Below are positions 31,044 through 41,789 of a stretch of 64,000 nucleotides of DNA, piece by piece. A program made the position numbers and the translations under genes. Below the pieces are notes generated by a model that saw nothing but the letters and a program-made list of their open reading frames with translations, was not told the DNA's origin and did not search any database. Location of the stretch: the IMG/VR virus record IMGVR_UViG_3300017492_000028, positions 8,983 through 72,982 of that record; one strand, 5' to 3'. This DNA comes from a virus. Its lineage: Duplodnaviria > Caudoviricetes. Position 1 is the stretch's first letter. Every line of letters starts with the position of its first letter.

Positions 31044-32636
31044 TTAACCTAATATACTTGTACACAAACTCTCTATATCTGAAGTAGAAATTGCACTATC
31101 GGTAGTACCTGTATCGGTATCTTTTTCACAGTACAAAGTATAACTATTATTATCTACTTTAATTGTTGCTATCTTTGTTCCGCTAGTCAAGATAGGATTA
31201 ACAGTTACAGTAGAACCACCTAGATTATTTACGTCAATCTTATCCAACTTAGCCTTATCACTTGCGCTCATCAAACCAGCTGTTGAAGTAGTAGCTGCCG
31301 AATATGTGGTATCAGTAAACTTTGCATTAGCAGGAACACTTGCACCAAGAGTATAAGTACAAGCTACAGGAACTCCGTTTGCAAAATATACAGGCTGTGT
31401 AGCAGAACCAGCACTTGTACTAAGCTTACTTGCGGTAGTAGCAGTAGTGGCACTAGTAGCACTGGTTGCACTATCTGCACTACCAGCTTTAGTTGCGTAG
31501 CTTACACTTGTTGGGGTTGGAATAGTAACTTTAGAAGTTGAGCTATCACTACCCGTCAACGTAACTACTTGCCCGCTTATAGACAACTCATAAGTAGTAT
31601 TACCGTCACCGCCAGCTGCACTAGTAATCTCACTTACTTTATTATCTACATAAGATTTTGTAGCATAAATTGGAGTATAAATCGTATGTGCTGTACCGTC
31701 AACCGTAATGATAGCAATAGAATCTCCGCTATTATATTCTGTTGCAACACTTACGATTGAACCGCTATTACCACTACTTGGAGCAGACGGCATTACTACA
31801 GTAATATCTGTTCCAGCAACAGTTGCAATAGTATGACTAGACCCAAATGAAAGTGTTGCGTTTTTGTTAGTAACACTTACAGAAGTTGTACCACTACTAC
31901 TACCTCCGCTTATTGTACCATAAGTAAATACTATCTTACCTGTTGAACTATCAATACTAACACCAGTTATTGCGTTGCCACTGCCACTAGTAGTTACATT
32001 AGATATTTCAACATAATCTGATAAATCACTAGTTTTTGCATAACTTGACAAATCACTAGTTTTTGCATAAGCCGCTAAATCTGTAAGTTTTGCATATCCA
32101 CTAAGGTCAACCGTTCCACCACTACTTGCACTTGCAACAGCTGAATCAACATAAGATTTAGTGGCAATAGTACTCGTATCAACGCTTATAGTGGTACCAC
32201 TAATGCTTATACCTGTGCCAGCACTATATGTAATAGGTTCAGAACTGCTTGTACCAGGAGTATATCCAAGTGCATCAATTATAGCGCTCTTAGTAAGAGT
32301 ATAACTATATGTACAACTAATCTTTCTATTGGATATGCTTATATAATTACCTGCTGTATAGGTAGCTTGTGCTGTAGTAGCATAAGTACTACTAGCAGTA
32401 CTCTTAGTAAGATATATACTACTTGCATCAGTTTTAGTAAGATACGTACTTGATGCAGCAGATGTAGTAAGATAACTATTGAGTTTAGTAGTTAAATCTG
32501 TAGTAGTAACATAGGTATTAGCTATTGTTTTACTAAGATTATTAATTTTGGTATCTACCTCATCACTTTGGTCACCAAACTTATCTACGATTTTAGACCA
32601 AAGAGTATTAAGACCATTAATATCTAAATATTCCAT
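31044..32636 (-). CDS. Ser/Thr-rich tail fibre protein (start moved to MEYLD at 32636)
   Basis: TDTTYSAATTSTAGLMSASDKAKLD and GSATQPVYF motifs, 8-aa YAKTSDLS repeats, shared N- and C-terminal modules. Confidence 0.75.
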   Translation of the reverse strand: MEYLDINGLNTLWSKIVDKFGDQSDEVDTKINNLSKTIANTYVTTTDLTTKLNSYLTTSAASSTYLTKTDASSIYLTKSTASSTYATTAQATYTAGNYISISNRKISCTYSYTLTKSAIIDALGYTPGTSSSEPITYSAGTGISISGTTISVDTSTIATKSYVDSAVASASSGGTVDLSGYAKLTDLAAYAKTSDLSSYAKTSDLSDYVEISNVTTSGSGNAITGVSIDSSTGKIVFTYGTISGGSSSGTTSVSVTNKNATLSFGSSHTIATVAGTDITVVMPSAPSSGNSGSIVSVATEYNSGDSIAIITVDGTAHTIYTPIYATKSYVDNKVSEITSAAGGDGNTTYELSISGQVVTLTGSDSSTSKVTIPTPTSVSYATKAGSADSATSATSATTATTASKLSTSAGSATQPVYFANGVPVACTYTLGASVPANAKFTDTTYSAATTSTAGLMSASDKAKLDKIDVNNLGGSTVTVNPILTSGTKIATIKVDNNSYTLYCEKDTDTGTTDSAISTSDIESLCTSILG

Positions 32637-32647
32637 GGTATTAAACT

Positions 32648-33295
32648 TTAAACACAAATTTTATCTATTTGATCATTGGTAATAGGAGTGTCGGGATTAG
32701 CAATATAAATATAAGTACTTCCACTCCAGCGATAACTATAGTTGGTGTCTTTAGCTATATATATTTTACCTGTTTCTCCTGTTGCAGGAAAATCATTAAG
32801 AGTATCATATTCCAACACGTCATCAACATAAGAAGGAAGTTGAGAAGAAGGAACTTTACCTGACCCGTCAAGACTTGCAACTCCGTTAGCTTGCCCAACA
32901 GAACTCTTATCAACCTTTTTATCAAGAGCTGCTTGTGTAGCAGTTGATATAGGCTTGTCAAGGTCCGATGTATTATCTACGTTACCAAGACCAACATCAC
33001 CCTTTGTAATAGTTACGTTGCCGTCAAGTGCATGACCATTAATTGTAGTGGTCTTGTCAACTTTCTTATCAAGAGCAGCTTGTACTTTATCACTTATAGG
33101 TGCGTCTTTTGAAGAAACATTATCAACATTGCCCAAACCAACATCAGCTTTAGTAAGAACAGGATTCTCACTAATCTTATATCCGTTGATAGTATAATTA
33201 TCAATAGTTTTCTTCAAGTTTGCAATACATTCTGCTATATACTTTTTAATTTTACTCCAAAAGTATATAACACCATCATAGTTTAAATACTCCAT
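32648..33295 (-). CDS. Tail fibre protein with TKxDVGLGNVDN repeats
   Basis: 215 aa; TKADVGLGNVDNVS and TKGDVGLGNVDNTSD; VASLDGSGKVPSSQLP. Confidence 0.75.
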   Translation of the reverse strand: MEYLNYDGVIYFWSKIKKYIAECIANLKKTIDNYTINGYKISENPVLTKADVGLGNVDNVSSKDAPISDKVQAALDKKVDKTTTINGHALDGNVTITKGDVGLGNVDNTSDLDKPISTATQAALDKKVDKSSVGQANGVASLDGSGKVPSSQLPSYVDDVLEYDTLNDFPATGETGKIYIAKDTNYSYRWSGSTYIYIANPDTPITNDQIDKICV

Positions 33296-34002
33296 TATTC
33301 CTTACTTATTATTTGTTCAACAATCTCTTTTCTAATAGGAAAATCACACTCGCAATCATGGTGGTGATGATGATGAGAATGAATATCATGATGATGCCTA
33401 TAAAAATCTAACAAATATTTAATTTGCTCATCAGTTAATTCCTGTTTTTCATCATCAGTGTTGCTATCAGAATCACTGCCAGTGTCAGTGTCTGTAGTAG
33501 TATCATCCGTAGTGTCATCTTTCTTATCTTCTAACTCTTTAATTGGGTCACTCATTATACGCCATAAATCACCAAGATCTATAAGTCCTGGTTCATCACA
33601 GCAATGAGGATGATGATGATGTTCATAACAAGGTATTGGGTCTGGTACACCAGGAGTAAGACAAGGATGTTCTTCATGTACAGGACAATCCTTAAATTCT
33701 CTACCTTCGTACCATGCTTTACTTACGCAATGACGCTTGCCTAAAAGAATCTCATCAAGCATAATCCTCGGTATAGGCTTAGCTTCAAGTTTACCGTCTA
33801 TAAAACAAGCAGTAGGAAGCCAATATCTATCATCAGTAATATCTATGCCAGCAGGCACAGGCTTTCTTGATATATAAGTCCTAAAATGTATAGGGTCAAA
33901 CTTGTATGTAACAACACAAAGTCTGTTATAGGAATTACGTTTATCCCAATAACCCTCCACAGTAGGAGAAACTTTACCAAGATTTTCAATCTGTAGTTTC
34001 AT
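33295..34002 (-). CDS. Tail hub/fibre-attachment protein with His/Cys-rich C-terminus
   Basis: 235 aa; NLGKVSPTVEGYWD...ISRKPVPAGIDITDDRYW resembles crAss fibre-hub N-termini; HHHH tracts. Confidence 0.55.
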   Translation of the reverse strand: MKLQIENLGKVSPTVEGYWDKRNSYNRLCVVTYKFDPIHFRTYISRKPVPAGIDITDDRYWLPTACFIDGKLEAKPIPRIMLDEILLGKRHCVSKAWYEGREFKDCPVHEEHPCLTPGVPDPIPCYEHHHHPHCCDEPGLIDLGDLWRIMSDPIKELEDKKDDTTDDTTTDTDTGSDSDSNTDDEKQELTDEQIKYLLDFYRHHHDIHSHHHHHHDCECDFPIRKEIVEQIISKE

Positions 34003-34735
34003 ACTTAATTGATTTTGTTAATACTTTGGTTACATGTTTATATATGACAACTACTACAAATTCATGCAAACCTCTTGAAACTTCTCCAACATCCTCATAT
34101 TGTTTAACTGGATGACCGTCAAAATAAAGTTCTATTGTTGCTTCTTTATAATCAATTTCAGTTCCATTATATTTAACTGTCAAATCGCCACAAGGAAGTA
34201 CATGGTCATCAACAACTTCAAATCTTGCAAAGAAAGTAAGTTCAAGTAACTCTGGGTCAATATCACATTTGCTACCACCACCTTTATCTTCTTCACCTAA
34301 TTCATATCTATCGTTATGTTCAGAATTAAGATAATGGTGTTTATAAAGGTTCATATCATCAGAATTAATCTCAAACAGAGGATGCTCACCGCAACTAACA
34401 AAAGCCTTAATATAGCCATTCTCATCAACAGGAAACACAAAACTTGTAGAGTTATCTTTACCTTTATATATTTGATTAATCTTTGCTTTTATATATTTAA
34501 TAATAGTTTCTGCTAACTTATCTTTACCAAGTTTTCTAGCAGCAACGGCACTATTAAACATATTGAAGCACTCAATTATATTACTATTCCTATCTGTACA
34601 GTTTGCTTTACAGTCTTTAAGCATTTCTTCACCATAATCAGCCAACATAGCTATTATCTTATGATAAACACAAATATACTCCGCAGGAATAGTTAAATAA
34701 ACATATTCGGGTTCAATAGGAATTAGTTTAATCAT
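33986..34735 (-). CDS. Conserved crAss tail collar/hub protein
   Basis: 249 aa; Cys-containing helical N-terminal domain; synteny. Confidence 0.5.
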   Translation of the reverse strand: MIKLIPIEPEYVYLTIPAEYICVYHKIIAMLADYGEEMLKDCKANCTDRNSNIIECFNMFNSAVAARKLGKDKLAETIIKYIKAKINQIYKGKDNSTSFVFPVDENGYIKAFVSCGEHPLFEINSDDMNLYKHHYLNSEHNDRYELGEEDKGGGSKCDIDPELLELTFFARFEVVDDHVLPCGDLTVKYNGTEIDYKEATIELYFDGHPVKQYEDVGEVSRGLHEFVVVVIYKHVTKVLTKSIKYETTD

Positions 34736-34965
34736 ACCTTAAATAAATTATTATAAAGACGTTCTACACTAGCCTGTTGTTCTTCACTTAATATATTTAA
34801 GTTTTCAAGAGCATGAATAAGAATGGAAGTCCACTCTACCTTATTTCTCTTAGCTTTATTAACAACATATCCTTGTTGAGTAAGTACCATTGTTGTATTA
34901 ACAACATTTAGTAACTTATCAGCAAGGTCATCTATAGCTTTGTTAGAAAAGTTTGTATCATACAT
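34732..34965 (-). CDS. Small conserved virion-module protein
   Basis: 77 aa, translationally coupled. Confidence 0.55.
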   Translation of the reverse strand: MYDTNFSNKAIDDLADKLLNVVNTTMVLTQQGYVVNKAKRNKVEWTSILIHALENLNILSEEQQASVERLYNNLFKV

Positions 34966-34977
34966 AAGAACATCTTA

Positions 34978-35619
34978 TTAATGATTAAATATTTTATTCA
35001 TTGTATATACGGAATAATTATTAATTATAACTTGAAGTTTTGCGTGAAGCTGCCCAACTCTGATTACGCTATCTTGTCCGTTGTAAATTATTCCTATACA
35101 CTCATTAGTAATCTCCGTTATCCATTCTTCTTTTAAACGGCTTGACAGATTTTTGTTGTCAAATTCGTATGCTGACAGAAGCGAATATAATTTGTAATAT
35201 TCAGTATTGACAAATTTAGAAATATTAGATTTAATGGTTTCGACACTATTATGAATATTATTATGTATGACTATTCCAATACAGTAATCATTAATATTAA
35301 ATTCAAAACTATCAAACGCTAAATTAATTATATTTCTACAATTTTGTGCTTCTTTAGCTTCAGCATTTCTGAAAGTTCTATCTAGTACATTATTTAGTTT
35401 AACTACGTTTTCACTGACTTCCTTAATAGCATTTGCCATTTCAATTAATGGCTTGTTTCTATGCTTGGATTTAATAAGTTCAACACCGCGAATAATAAGT
35501 GTGTATAATATAAAAACACAACTACTAATCAGAACGGTTGTATAAGAAGAATCTTTAATGGCATTACTAATAACATCATTTACTGCTGTAAATTCGTTCA
35601 TTTGATAATGTTTAAGCAT
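34978..35619 (-). CDS. Membrane-anchored protein, possible holin
   Basis: 213 aa with one N-terminal hydrophobic segment. Confidence 0.45.
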   Translation of the reverse strand: MLKHYQMNEFTAVNDVISNAIKDSSYTTVLISSCVFILYTLIIRGVELIKSKHRNKPLIEMANAIKEVSENVVKLNNVLDRTFRNAEAKEAQNCRNIINLAFDSFEFNINDYCIGIVIHNNIHNSVETIKSNISKFVNTEYYKLYSLLSAYEFDNKNLSSRLKEEWITEITNECIGIIYNGQDSVIRVGQLHAKLQVIINNYSVYTMNKIFNH

Positions 35620-35669
35620 AATCGCTCATTTAAGAACGATTATGCTATTAGTAATACCTTGCTTGCGAA

Positions 35670-36602
35670 CTACTCCCCCGTAGAAGAATCAATGCAAACC
35701 TTATCATCGCCTCCGTCAACAGAAGTTGTAGAAGCACCACTTGCGTCAGATGAACTACCGTCATCAAACAGCGCAAGAACATCATCAAAATTATCCTCTG
35801 GTGCAACAATATGAACAACCTGTGTTACAGGCTCATCACCTTGATACTTAAACTGCTTTGCTGTAGCAAAACGAAGAGTTACCATACCATACTTCTTATC
35901 CTCAACTGGCTCTGGATAACCTGGATAAATAGTATCACCATCACGATAAGTATATTGATAACCCTTATCAGCAGCACACATTGAAGCAAGATGGCGAATA
36001 TAAGCCGCATCAACACAAGCGTGCTCAGCTTCAGTAATAGTAACTTCCTCACCATAAAGTGCATCACCAGCAGTCAAAGTCCAAGCATCACCAGGAATAA
36101 GACCCTCAACAGTAACCTTTGCACCGTCAGCAGTTGCTTTAATTGGAAGAGCACCAGTATCACCCATTGCTTGGAACTGATTTGCAAGAGACTTTGCAAT
36201 CTCTTCAGCAGTCTTATCAACACCAATAGGAACGAACTCGGTTACAGTCCAATTAGAACGCTCATTAAATACAACACCTTTCTTAGTAAGAACAAGCGTA
36301 TAATCGCGTCCGTATTTAGGCTCTGGTATAGTAACCTCTGCCTTGAACTTAACTGCATCATCCTCATTAGGCTCTGTTACACGTACTTGAAGCGTGTGAA
36401 CATCTACCTCCGGAATAACCAATGCAGGAGAATTATTACCACGACCAAGAGCTATGGCAAAATTCTTTTTGGGAAGAGAAGAAGCAACCTTATTATCATC
36501 AGGCGTAAAAACCAAAAGGTCACCAGCTTTCATTTCAGAAAGGTCTGTAGGCTCTACACCATTAATGGTAGCATCACTCTTTACTATAAGTAAATGTTTC
36601 AT
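35670..36602 (-). CDS. Structural protein, probable auxiliary capsid protein
   Basis: 310 aa; third gene downstream of the major capsid gene in the conserved crAss capsid block. Confidence 0.5.
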   Translation of the reverse strand: MKHLLIVKSDATINGVEPTDLSEMKAGDLLVFTPDDNKVASSLPKKNFAIALGRGNNSPALVIPEVDVHTLQVRVTEPNEDDAVKFKAEVTIPEPKYGRDYTLVLTKKGVVFNERSNWTVTEFVPIGVDKTAEEIAKSLANQFQAMGDTGALPIKATADGAKVTVEGLIPGDAWTLTAGDALYGEEVTITEAEHACVDAAYIRHLASMCAADKGYQYTYRDGDTIYPGYPEPVEDKKYGMVTLRFATAKQFKYQGDEPVTQVVHIVAPEDNFDDVLALFDDGSSSDASGASTTSVDGGDDKVCIDSSTGE

Positions 36603-36617
36603 TGTTTAAAAATTAGT

Positions 36618-37463
36618 TTAACTATTATTACTATCGTTAGCAGGAGAATAATTATTCCTCGTATTTTCTTGCTGTTGCTGTTGCTGTGCAGCTTGTGCTG
36701 CATGTAAACTACCTTGTAATGCAATGTGATATAAGTCAACAGCGTGTTTAACTATGTCAACGTGCATATAATCTGGTAAATCACAATCAACATTCTCAAG
36801 TCCATTATCCTCATTATAAGATACTTTAGCAGGTTTGCTAAGATAAGCAACTCTGAATATATTTGGTATCAAACCATTTGAAAGTTCTATATCATCACCT
36901 ACATAATTACCTTTATCGATATGGATTAAAAAGGTTGAAGCATCAGCATTTGTTTCTTTATTACCATATATTGTCAGAATGGGAGACCTAAACCGTGGCG
37001 AAAGAACAAAGTCATTAAGTACATCTGCAAGATAAATATCATCAATAAGACGAACAGGAAAGAAGTTTGTATAAAAATTATCACCTCTTTTATAATTAAG
37101 ACTAAAATCTACTAGAAATAGATAATTAGGAATATTACTTTCAGAAGCAAGTCCTAGTGAGTAAGCTGTAGCTTCCCAACTAGGAGTATAAGTATGCTTC
37201 TTTGAAGGTGTAAATTTATCAAATTCAACGTCCTTTGTCTTATATAAACTACGAAGAGTATTAAGCTGACCTACTTTAGAATTGTCAGTGATAACTCTAT
37301 CAGAAGTAACACCAACATTCTCTTTAATCATTTGATTGACCGTATCTGAAATGCTCGTATTAATCAGTATGTCAATCTGTTCGGGAAGAATTGCACGAAC
37401 ATTTTGCATACCCATTTGCTGAGCATACTGACGAAACCAAACGTGCATATCATGTATATTCAT
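36618..37463 (-). CDS. Tail ring/adaptor protein
   Basis: 281 aa; LPEQIDILIN and DCDLPDYMHVDIVKHAV motifs typical of crAss ring proteins. Confidence 0.6.
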   Translation of the reverse strand: MNIHDMHVWFRQYAQQMGMQNVRAILPEQIDILINTSISDTVNQMIKENVGVTSDRVITDNSKVGQLNTLRSLYKTKDVEFDKFTPSKKHTYTPSWEATAYSLGLASESNIPNYLFLVDFSLNYKRGDNFYTNFFPVRLIDDIYLADVLNDFVLSPRFRSPILTIYGNKETNADASTFLIHIDKGNYVGDDIELSNGLIPNIFRVAYLSKPAKVSYNEDNGLENVDCDLPDYMHVDIVKHAVDLYHIALQGSLHAAQAAQQQQQQENTRNNYSPANDSNNS

Positions 37464-37475
37464 ACTATCAATCTA

Positions 37476-38612
37476 TTAAAATAGTTTCAGTTTATTTTCG
37501 TAAGCAGTACGAACATCTTTATTTTCGGGATTATTGAAATAAGCTATTGCTTCATTCATGTTAGCACCAATAAATGTGCCCTCTGCTGTAGAAATTTGTT
37601 GATTATAAGATGACCTAGTAAGTTCACCACGACTAATCAAAGTTTCAATAAATGCTTTAACAGCAAGATTTCTATCCTTGATAATCTTATTGAATCTATC
37701 AGGTGAGTTATTAACAAACTTCATAACAATTTCAGTCTTTTCATCTCTTTGCTTGAGAAGTGCTGATGCAAGGTTTTCATTATTATAAACAACCACTGCA
37801 ACAAATACTGCATTAAACTTCTTATCGTCAGTAGATATATTGACAAAGTTACGCATAGCAACAAGACGCTCTTCAGTAATCTGCTTACGCTTACTTGCCT
37901 CCTTAGCTTCATCTTTAATATAAAAACGATAAGTATCATCTGAATTAATCAGTGCAGAATCTTTAGCAACTTCGGGATAAAGAAGACAATGACGATAGAT
38001 AAGATATTCTTCAGCATTTTCTGGTCTTCCATACTGATATTTAGAACTCTCCAAATCATTCAGCGCATTAATACGTGTTTTAAGAGCTTTCTTAATTTCA
38101 GAAGTATCAGACCTATCAACTGCATCATAAGCCTTTTCTATCTCTGCTTCTTTCTTAGCTATTTTAAGAAAATCAGACTTTTTGTTATAAATAAAAGAAG
38201 CATTAAGATGTGCATCTTCATTGCTAACAACAAACCTAATATTACTAAGCCATGCTTTAACTCTTGTAATAAACTCTGGATTATTATATGCAAGACCAAC
38301 TATTGCAGGAAAGTATGCTTCAATTTCTCCTTTATGGGAAGAAAGAATACGACAAGAAGTAACAGAACTACCAATAGTTTCTGTTCTATGTCCCAATGCT
38401 TTCAAATTAGCCTTACGATAAGCAGAATAATTATGAACAAGTGATATAACTATATCTCGCTTGTCAACATATTCTTTATCCAAGTCATCATCGCCAAACG
38501 TATTTACCTTGACTGTGGCTTGCTCATCAGTCTTTATTTCTTCTTTTTCAACAGTTCCTGCATTACTTGCAGCATTAGTATTATCTGTTGCAGAATTAAT
38601 CTTTATATCCAT
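37476..38612 (-). CDS. Conserved capsid-module protein
   Basis: 378 aa, immediately downstream of the major capsid gene. Confidence 0.55.
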   Translation of the reverse strand: MDIKINSATDNTNAASNAGTVEKEEIKTDEQATVKVNTFGDDDLDKEYVDKRDIVISLVHNYSAYRKANLKALGHRTETIGSSVTSCRILSSHKGEIEAYFPAIVGLAYNNPEFITRVKAWLSNIRFVVSNEDAHLNASFIYNKKSDFLKIAKKEAEIEKAYDAVDRSDTSEIKKALKTRINALNDLESSKYQYGRPENAEEYLIYRHCLLYPEVAKDSALINSDDTYRFYIKDEAKEASKRKQITEERLVAMRNFVNISTDDKKFNAVFVAVVVYNNENLASALLKQRDEKTEIVMKFVNNSPDRFNKIIKDRNLAVKAFIETLISRGELTRSSYNQQISTAEGTFIGANMNEAIAYFNNPENKDVRTAYENKLKLF

Positions 38613-38626
38613 AGTTTAAACAGTTA

Positions 38627-40102
38627 TTAGAGTACACACTTTAATTGGAACATCTTGGTTGCATTGTTTACCTGCAAACCATAAGAGTTCATAATCTCAT
38701 AAGCACTTGCATCAACACGAGTAGAAATAGAAAGCTGCGGAACAGCACCCCAAGAAGCAGGTATATCAGCAAGTCCTTTATAAATACCTACCTTATAAAT
38801 CTTACCCTTTAGACGAACCTTACGAACATTACGCTGTCCCTCATAAGTACTCATATCAATCAAAAATGCTTGATGTGAAGTAATAGGCAAACCTGTACGA
38901 GGATGTATCATACCATTAGCTTTAGCATTTTCTGCTATAGTTCCGTGGTCAAGGAAAGGAAGTGCTTTTACAGTAATGGTATGACCGTCAACAGTCTTAT
39001 AACGACGGAAATACTTACCATAAGAAAGACCACCCTCAAAATCCTCAATCATCTTATCGCCAAGCGGAGTAGCAAAACCCTCTGAACGAGCATCGTTACG
39101 CATAGCCATATCAAAGTCCTGCATAAAGCCTTTACCACCCATGAGAACAACCTCCATTGAACCTGTATCAGTATCCTTATTAAGAACATCACCTACAGTA
39201 CGCTCAATCTTGTTAAGAGTAAGAACTTCTCCATAAGTATCGTAATTGCTTTCACGACATATCTCCATCATACCTGCAGTATGAGGAATTGGTTTACCAT
39301 TATCAACATCCTGAAGAATTATCTCACCATTCTCTGTACGGTTATATTCAGCAAGCCACAGACGCTCCTCATCCATAACACGCTTAGTAATATCAAATTG
39401 ACGCATTTCCTCATTAATCCAAAGATTGGTTGTACCACCACCTTTAGTCTTAAACTGATACGTTACAACTTGATTAGCAAGGTCACCACCAATCTCTTTA
39501 GAATAACGATGAAGTTCAAGCTGTGAGGTCATCTTTCCAGGACCCATAACATTACTTCTATTACCCTTAGAATAAGACTGTGATACAGTAGGAGCAGTCA
39601 TACTCCAATACTTACCCTTTTTAAGATTATCAAGGTCGCAATAAAGATTAGGATTAGGAGATGTAAGTTTAAGACGATAAACATAACCGCCATGAGTACC
39701 CTCACCAAGATCTTTCATAATACGTACCTGCGTATGTCCGTCTGGAGCTATCAAACCATACTGCTCAATAAGCCAATGAGTAGCAAACTCAACATCAAAC
39801 ATAGCACCACCTTTACCAGGTGTCTTATTACTCTCATCTACCCACAGAACATAATCATTAAACTTCATACGTCCCATAGTTTTCCAAGTCCACTGAACCT
39901 TGTCAATATCAACAACTCCAGCAGTACCTTGACCCTCTGTCAAGAATGTAAGCGGAAACCTGTCATCATCCATACCATAAGTATAGGTAAGAATGTTATT
40001 AATTTCCGCAGGTTTTTGAAGCATAAGATGAGCAAGAGTCTCTTCATTAGAATAGCCTCTATCATCATATTGCCCACGTGAAATTTCTCTAAGTTTGTAC
40101 AT
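38627..40102 (-). CDS. Major capsid protein
   Basis: 491 aa; size, position after portal and scaffold-like genes, crAss MCP-like sequence (DDRFPLTFLTEG, YGLIAPDG, ELHRYSK). Confidence 0.85.
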   Translation of the reverse strand: MYKLREISRGQYDDRGYSNEETLAHLMLQKPAEINNILTYTYGMDDDRFPLTFLTEGQGTAGVVDIDKVQWTWKTMGRMKFNDYVLWVDESNKTPGKGGAMFDVEFATHWLIEQYGLIAPDGHTQVRIMKDLGEGTHGGYVYRLKLTSPNPNLYCDLDNLKKGKYWSMTAPTVSQSYSKGNRSNVMGPGKMTSQLELHRYSKEIGGDLANQVVTYQFKTKGGGTTNLWINEEMRQFDITKRVMDEERLWLAEYNRTENGEIILQDVDNGKPIPHTAGMMEICRESNYDTYGEVLTLNKIERTVGDVLNKDTDTGSMEVVLMGGKGFMQDFDMAMRNDARSEGFATPLGDKMIEDFEGGLSYGKYFRRYKTVDGHTITVKALPFLDHGTIAENAKANGMIHPRTGLPITSHQAFLIDMSTYEGQRNVRKVRLKGKIYKVGIYKGLADIPASWGAVPQLSISTRVDASAYEIMNSYGLQVNNATKMFQLKCVL

Positions 40103-40137
40103 AAAACAATTAGTTAATTGATTAATAATTCCTTGAT

Positions 40138-41463
40138 TTAAAGTAATATATCATTAATGTCTGCTTTCTTCGCTGATTTAGACACGAACTTAATAGGCTT
40201 TGCAATACGTTGTTCCTTAGACTTTAAACGTAATTGATTAACCTTGTTTTCTTGAATTGACATATTAGCCAAATCTTTATAAGTTCCACCTGTAAACATT
40301 AGCCATGCAGCAAGAAGGTCTCTTTGCGTAAGTTCTTCTTCTGACATATTATTCAAATCTCTTTCGTATGCAGTAATTTTATTTCCATTTTCATCTGCTA
40401 TATTTTTCCTTGAAAGATAATCAAAAAAGTCATTAGGAGTATAAATAAGTTTTTTACCATTTTGTTCTTTAGTAAAACTCTCTGGAATTTTAAATCCTGC
40501 AATAGTTCTACTATCAATAATCTTATTTACATTCTCCCAATACTTGGTAATAGCTTGTTGCTCTTGTTCTCTTTGTGCAGCAGCTTCTTTTTGCATATTC
40601 TCCATATACTGTTTGTCTTTAGCCACAAGGTTTTTAAGTTGAACTTGTGCTTCATCAAACAAACCACCGCTATCTTTCAAGTACTTAATATAATTATCAT
40701 TCAAAGAAGCATTACCAAACTCTTTAGCAGCTATACGTATAACAGCTTCAAGTTGTGCTTCATTATCCTTATTAAGCTCTATATTGCTTCTATCAGGAAT
40801 TTGTCCAAAACCTACTGGACTACCATTAACCTTGCAATAATCTATAAATTGAGGAATAATTGGATTAGCTTCCATAAAACGATTGAGTGTAGCATTTGCT
40901 ATTTCAGTCGATTTAATATCCATTACAGAATCAACATACGCTTTAACGCCAGCTATTGAATTTTCAAATTCAACAGGCTTACCGTCCTCACCTGTAACCT
41001 CTATTCCAATTTCATCTTGAAGTTTCTTGATGTCAAAAGTGTCTTCTTTCTCATCTTTAACATCATCTTCCTTTTGAACAGTCTCAAGCCATTCCTTAAC
41101 TTGGGCAGCAGCTTTAAAAACAGTTCCATTCTTATCTACAATGTCACCGTTTTCTGCTACTTTATAAGTCTGTCCCTCATATTCTATTTCAGTTCCTGCT
41201 GTTAGTTGAGAGCTAGCATCTTCGTTATTATGCTCCTCTTCTTTTTTCTTGTTATCATCATTATTATTGGCATTGCTATCCCCATTATTGTTAGCAGTAG
41301 TATCACCACTTTTATTTGTTATATCAGGGTTTCCCTTATCGCCATTAATAGACGCTGCATCAGCTTCTTTATTAGCTAATTGCTCACCACTGGGTTCATT
41401 GGTGTTACTGTTTTGTACATCAGTATCTTTAACACCATCTCCAAAATCAATGTCTAAAGCCAT
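40138..41463 (-). CDS. Acidic scaffold-like protein
   Basis: 441 aa; acidic disordered N-terminus, coiled-coil C-terminus; between portal and capsid genes. Confidence 0.55.
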   Translation of the reverse strand: MALDIDFGDGVKDTDVQNSNTNEPSGEQLANKEADAASINGDKGNPDITNKSGDTTANNNGDSNANNNDDNKKKEEEHNNEDASSQLTAGTEIEYEGQTYKVAENGDIVDKNGTVFKAAAQVKEWLETVQKEDDVKDEKEDTFDIKKLQDEIGIEVTGEDGKPVEFENSIAGVKAYVDSVMDIKSTEIANATLNRFMEANPIIPQFIDYCKVNGSPVGFGQIPDRSNIELNKDNEAQLEAVIRIAAKEFGNASLNDNYIKYLKDSGGLFDEAQVQLKNLVAKDKQYMENMQKEAAAQREQEQQAITKYWENVNKIIDSRTIAGFKIPESFTKEQNGKKLIYTPNDFFDYLSRKNIADENGNKITAYERDLNNMSEEELTQRDLLAAWLMFTGGTYKDLANMSIQENKVNQLRLKSKEQRIAKPIKFVSKSAKKADINDILL

Positions 41464-41503
41464 AAAATTAATGTTTTAATTATTACTATATGTTAGTTTG
41501 ATG

Positions 41504-41534
41504 CAAATATAATATAATTATGTATATCATGCAA
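41504..41534 (-). promoter_or_regulatory. Bacteroidota sigma-A-type promoter for the capsid operon
   Basis: TTG-N20-TATATTTG (TAnnTTTG -7 box) 40 bp upstream of the 41463 start. Confidence 0.7.
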
Positions 41535-41789
41535 TGGTTCACTATTATCATTAACATTAATTTTATTACTAGCTTTATCAACAATAATTATTTACAGTTA
41601 ATTTGAAAATCATCTAAATCCCTATCAAAAGCATTATTTTGCCATGCAAACTATGCACAAACCACTATACGCAAAATATAGCCTATATTCCTCTCTACGG
41701 GGGTGCTAAAACAAACCAAATTTATTGTCCGATTAACTAATCAGCCATTAAAAATTTAACACGGTACAAATGATTTCCAAAGTGCAATA

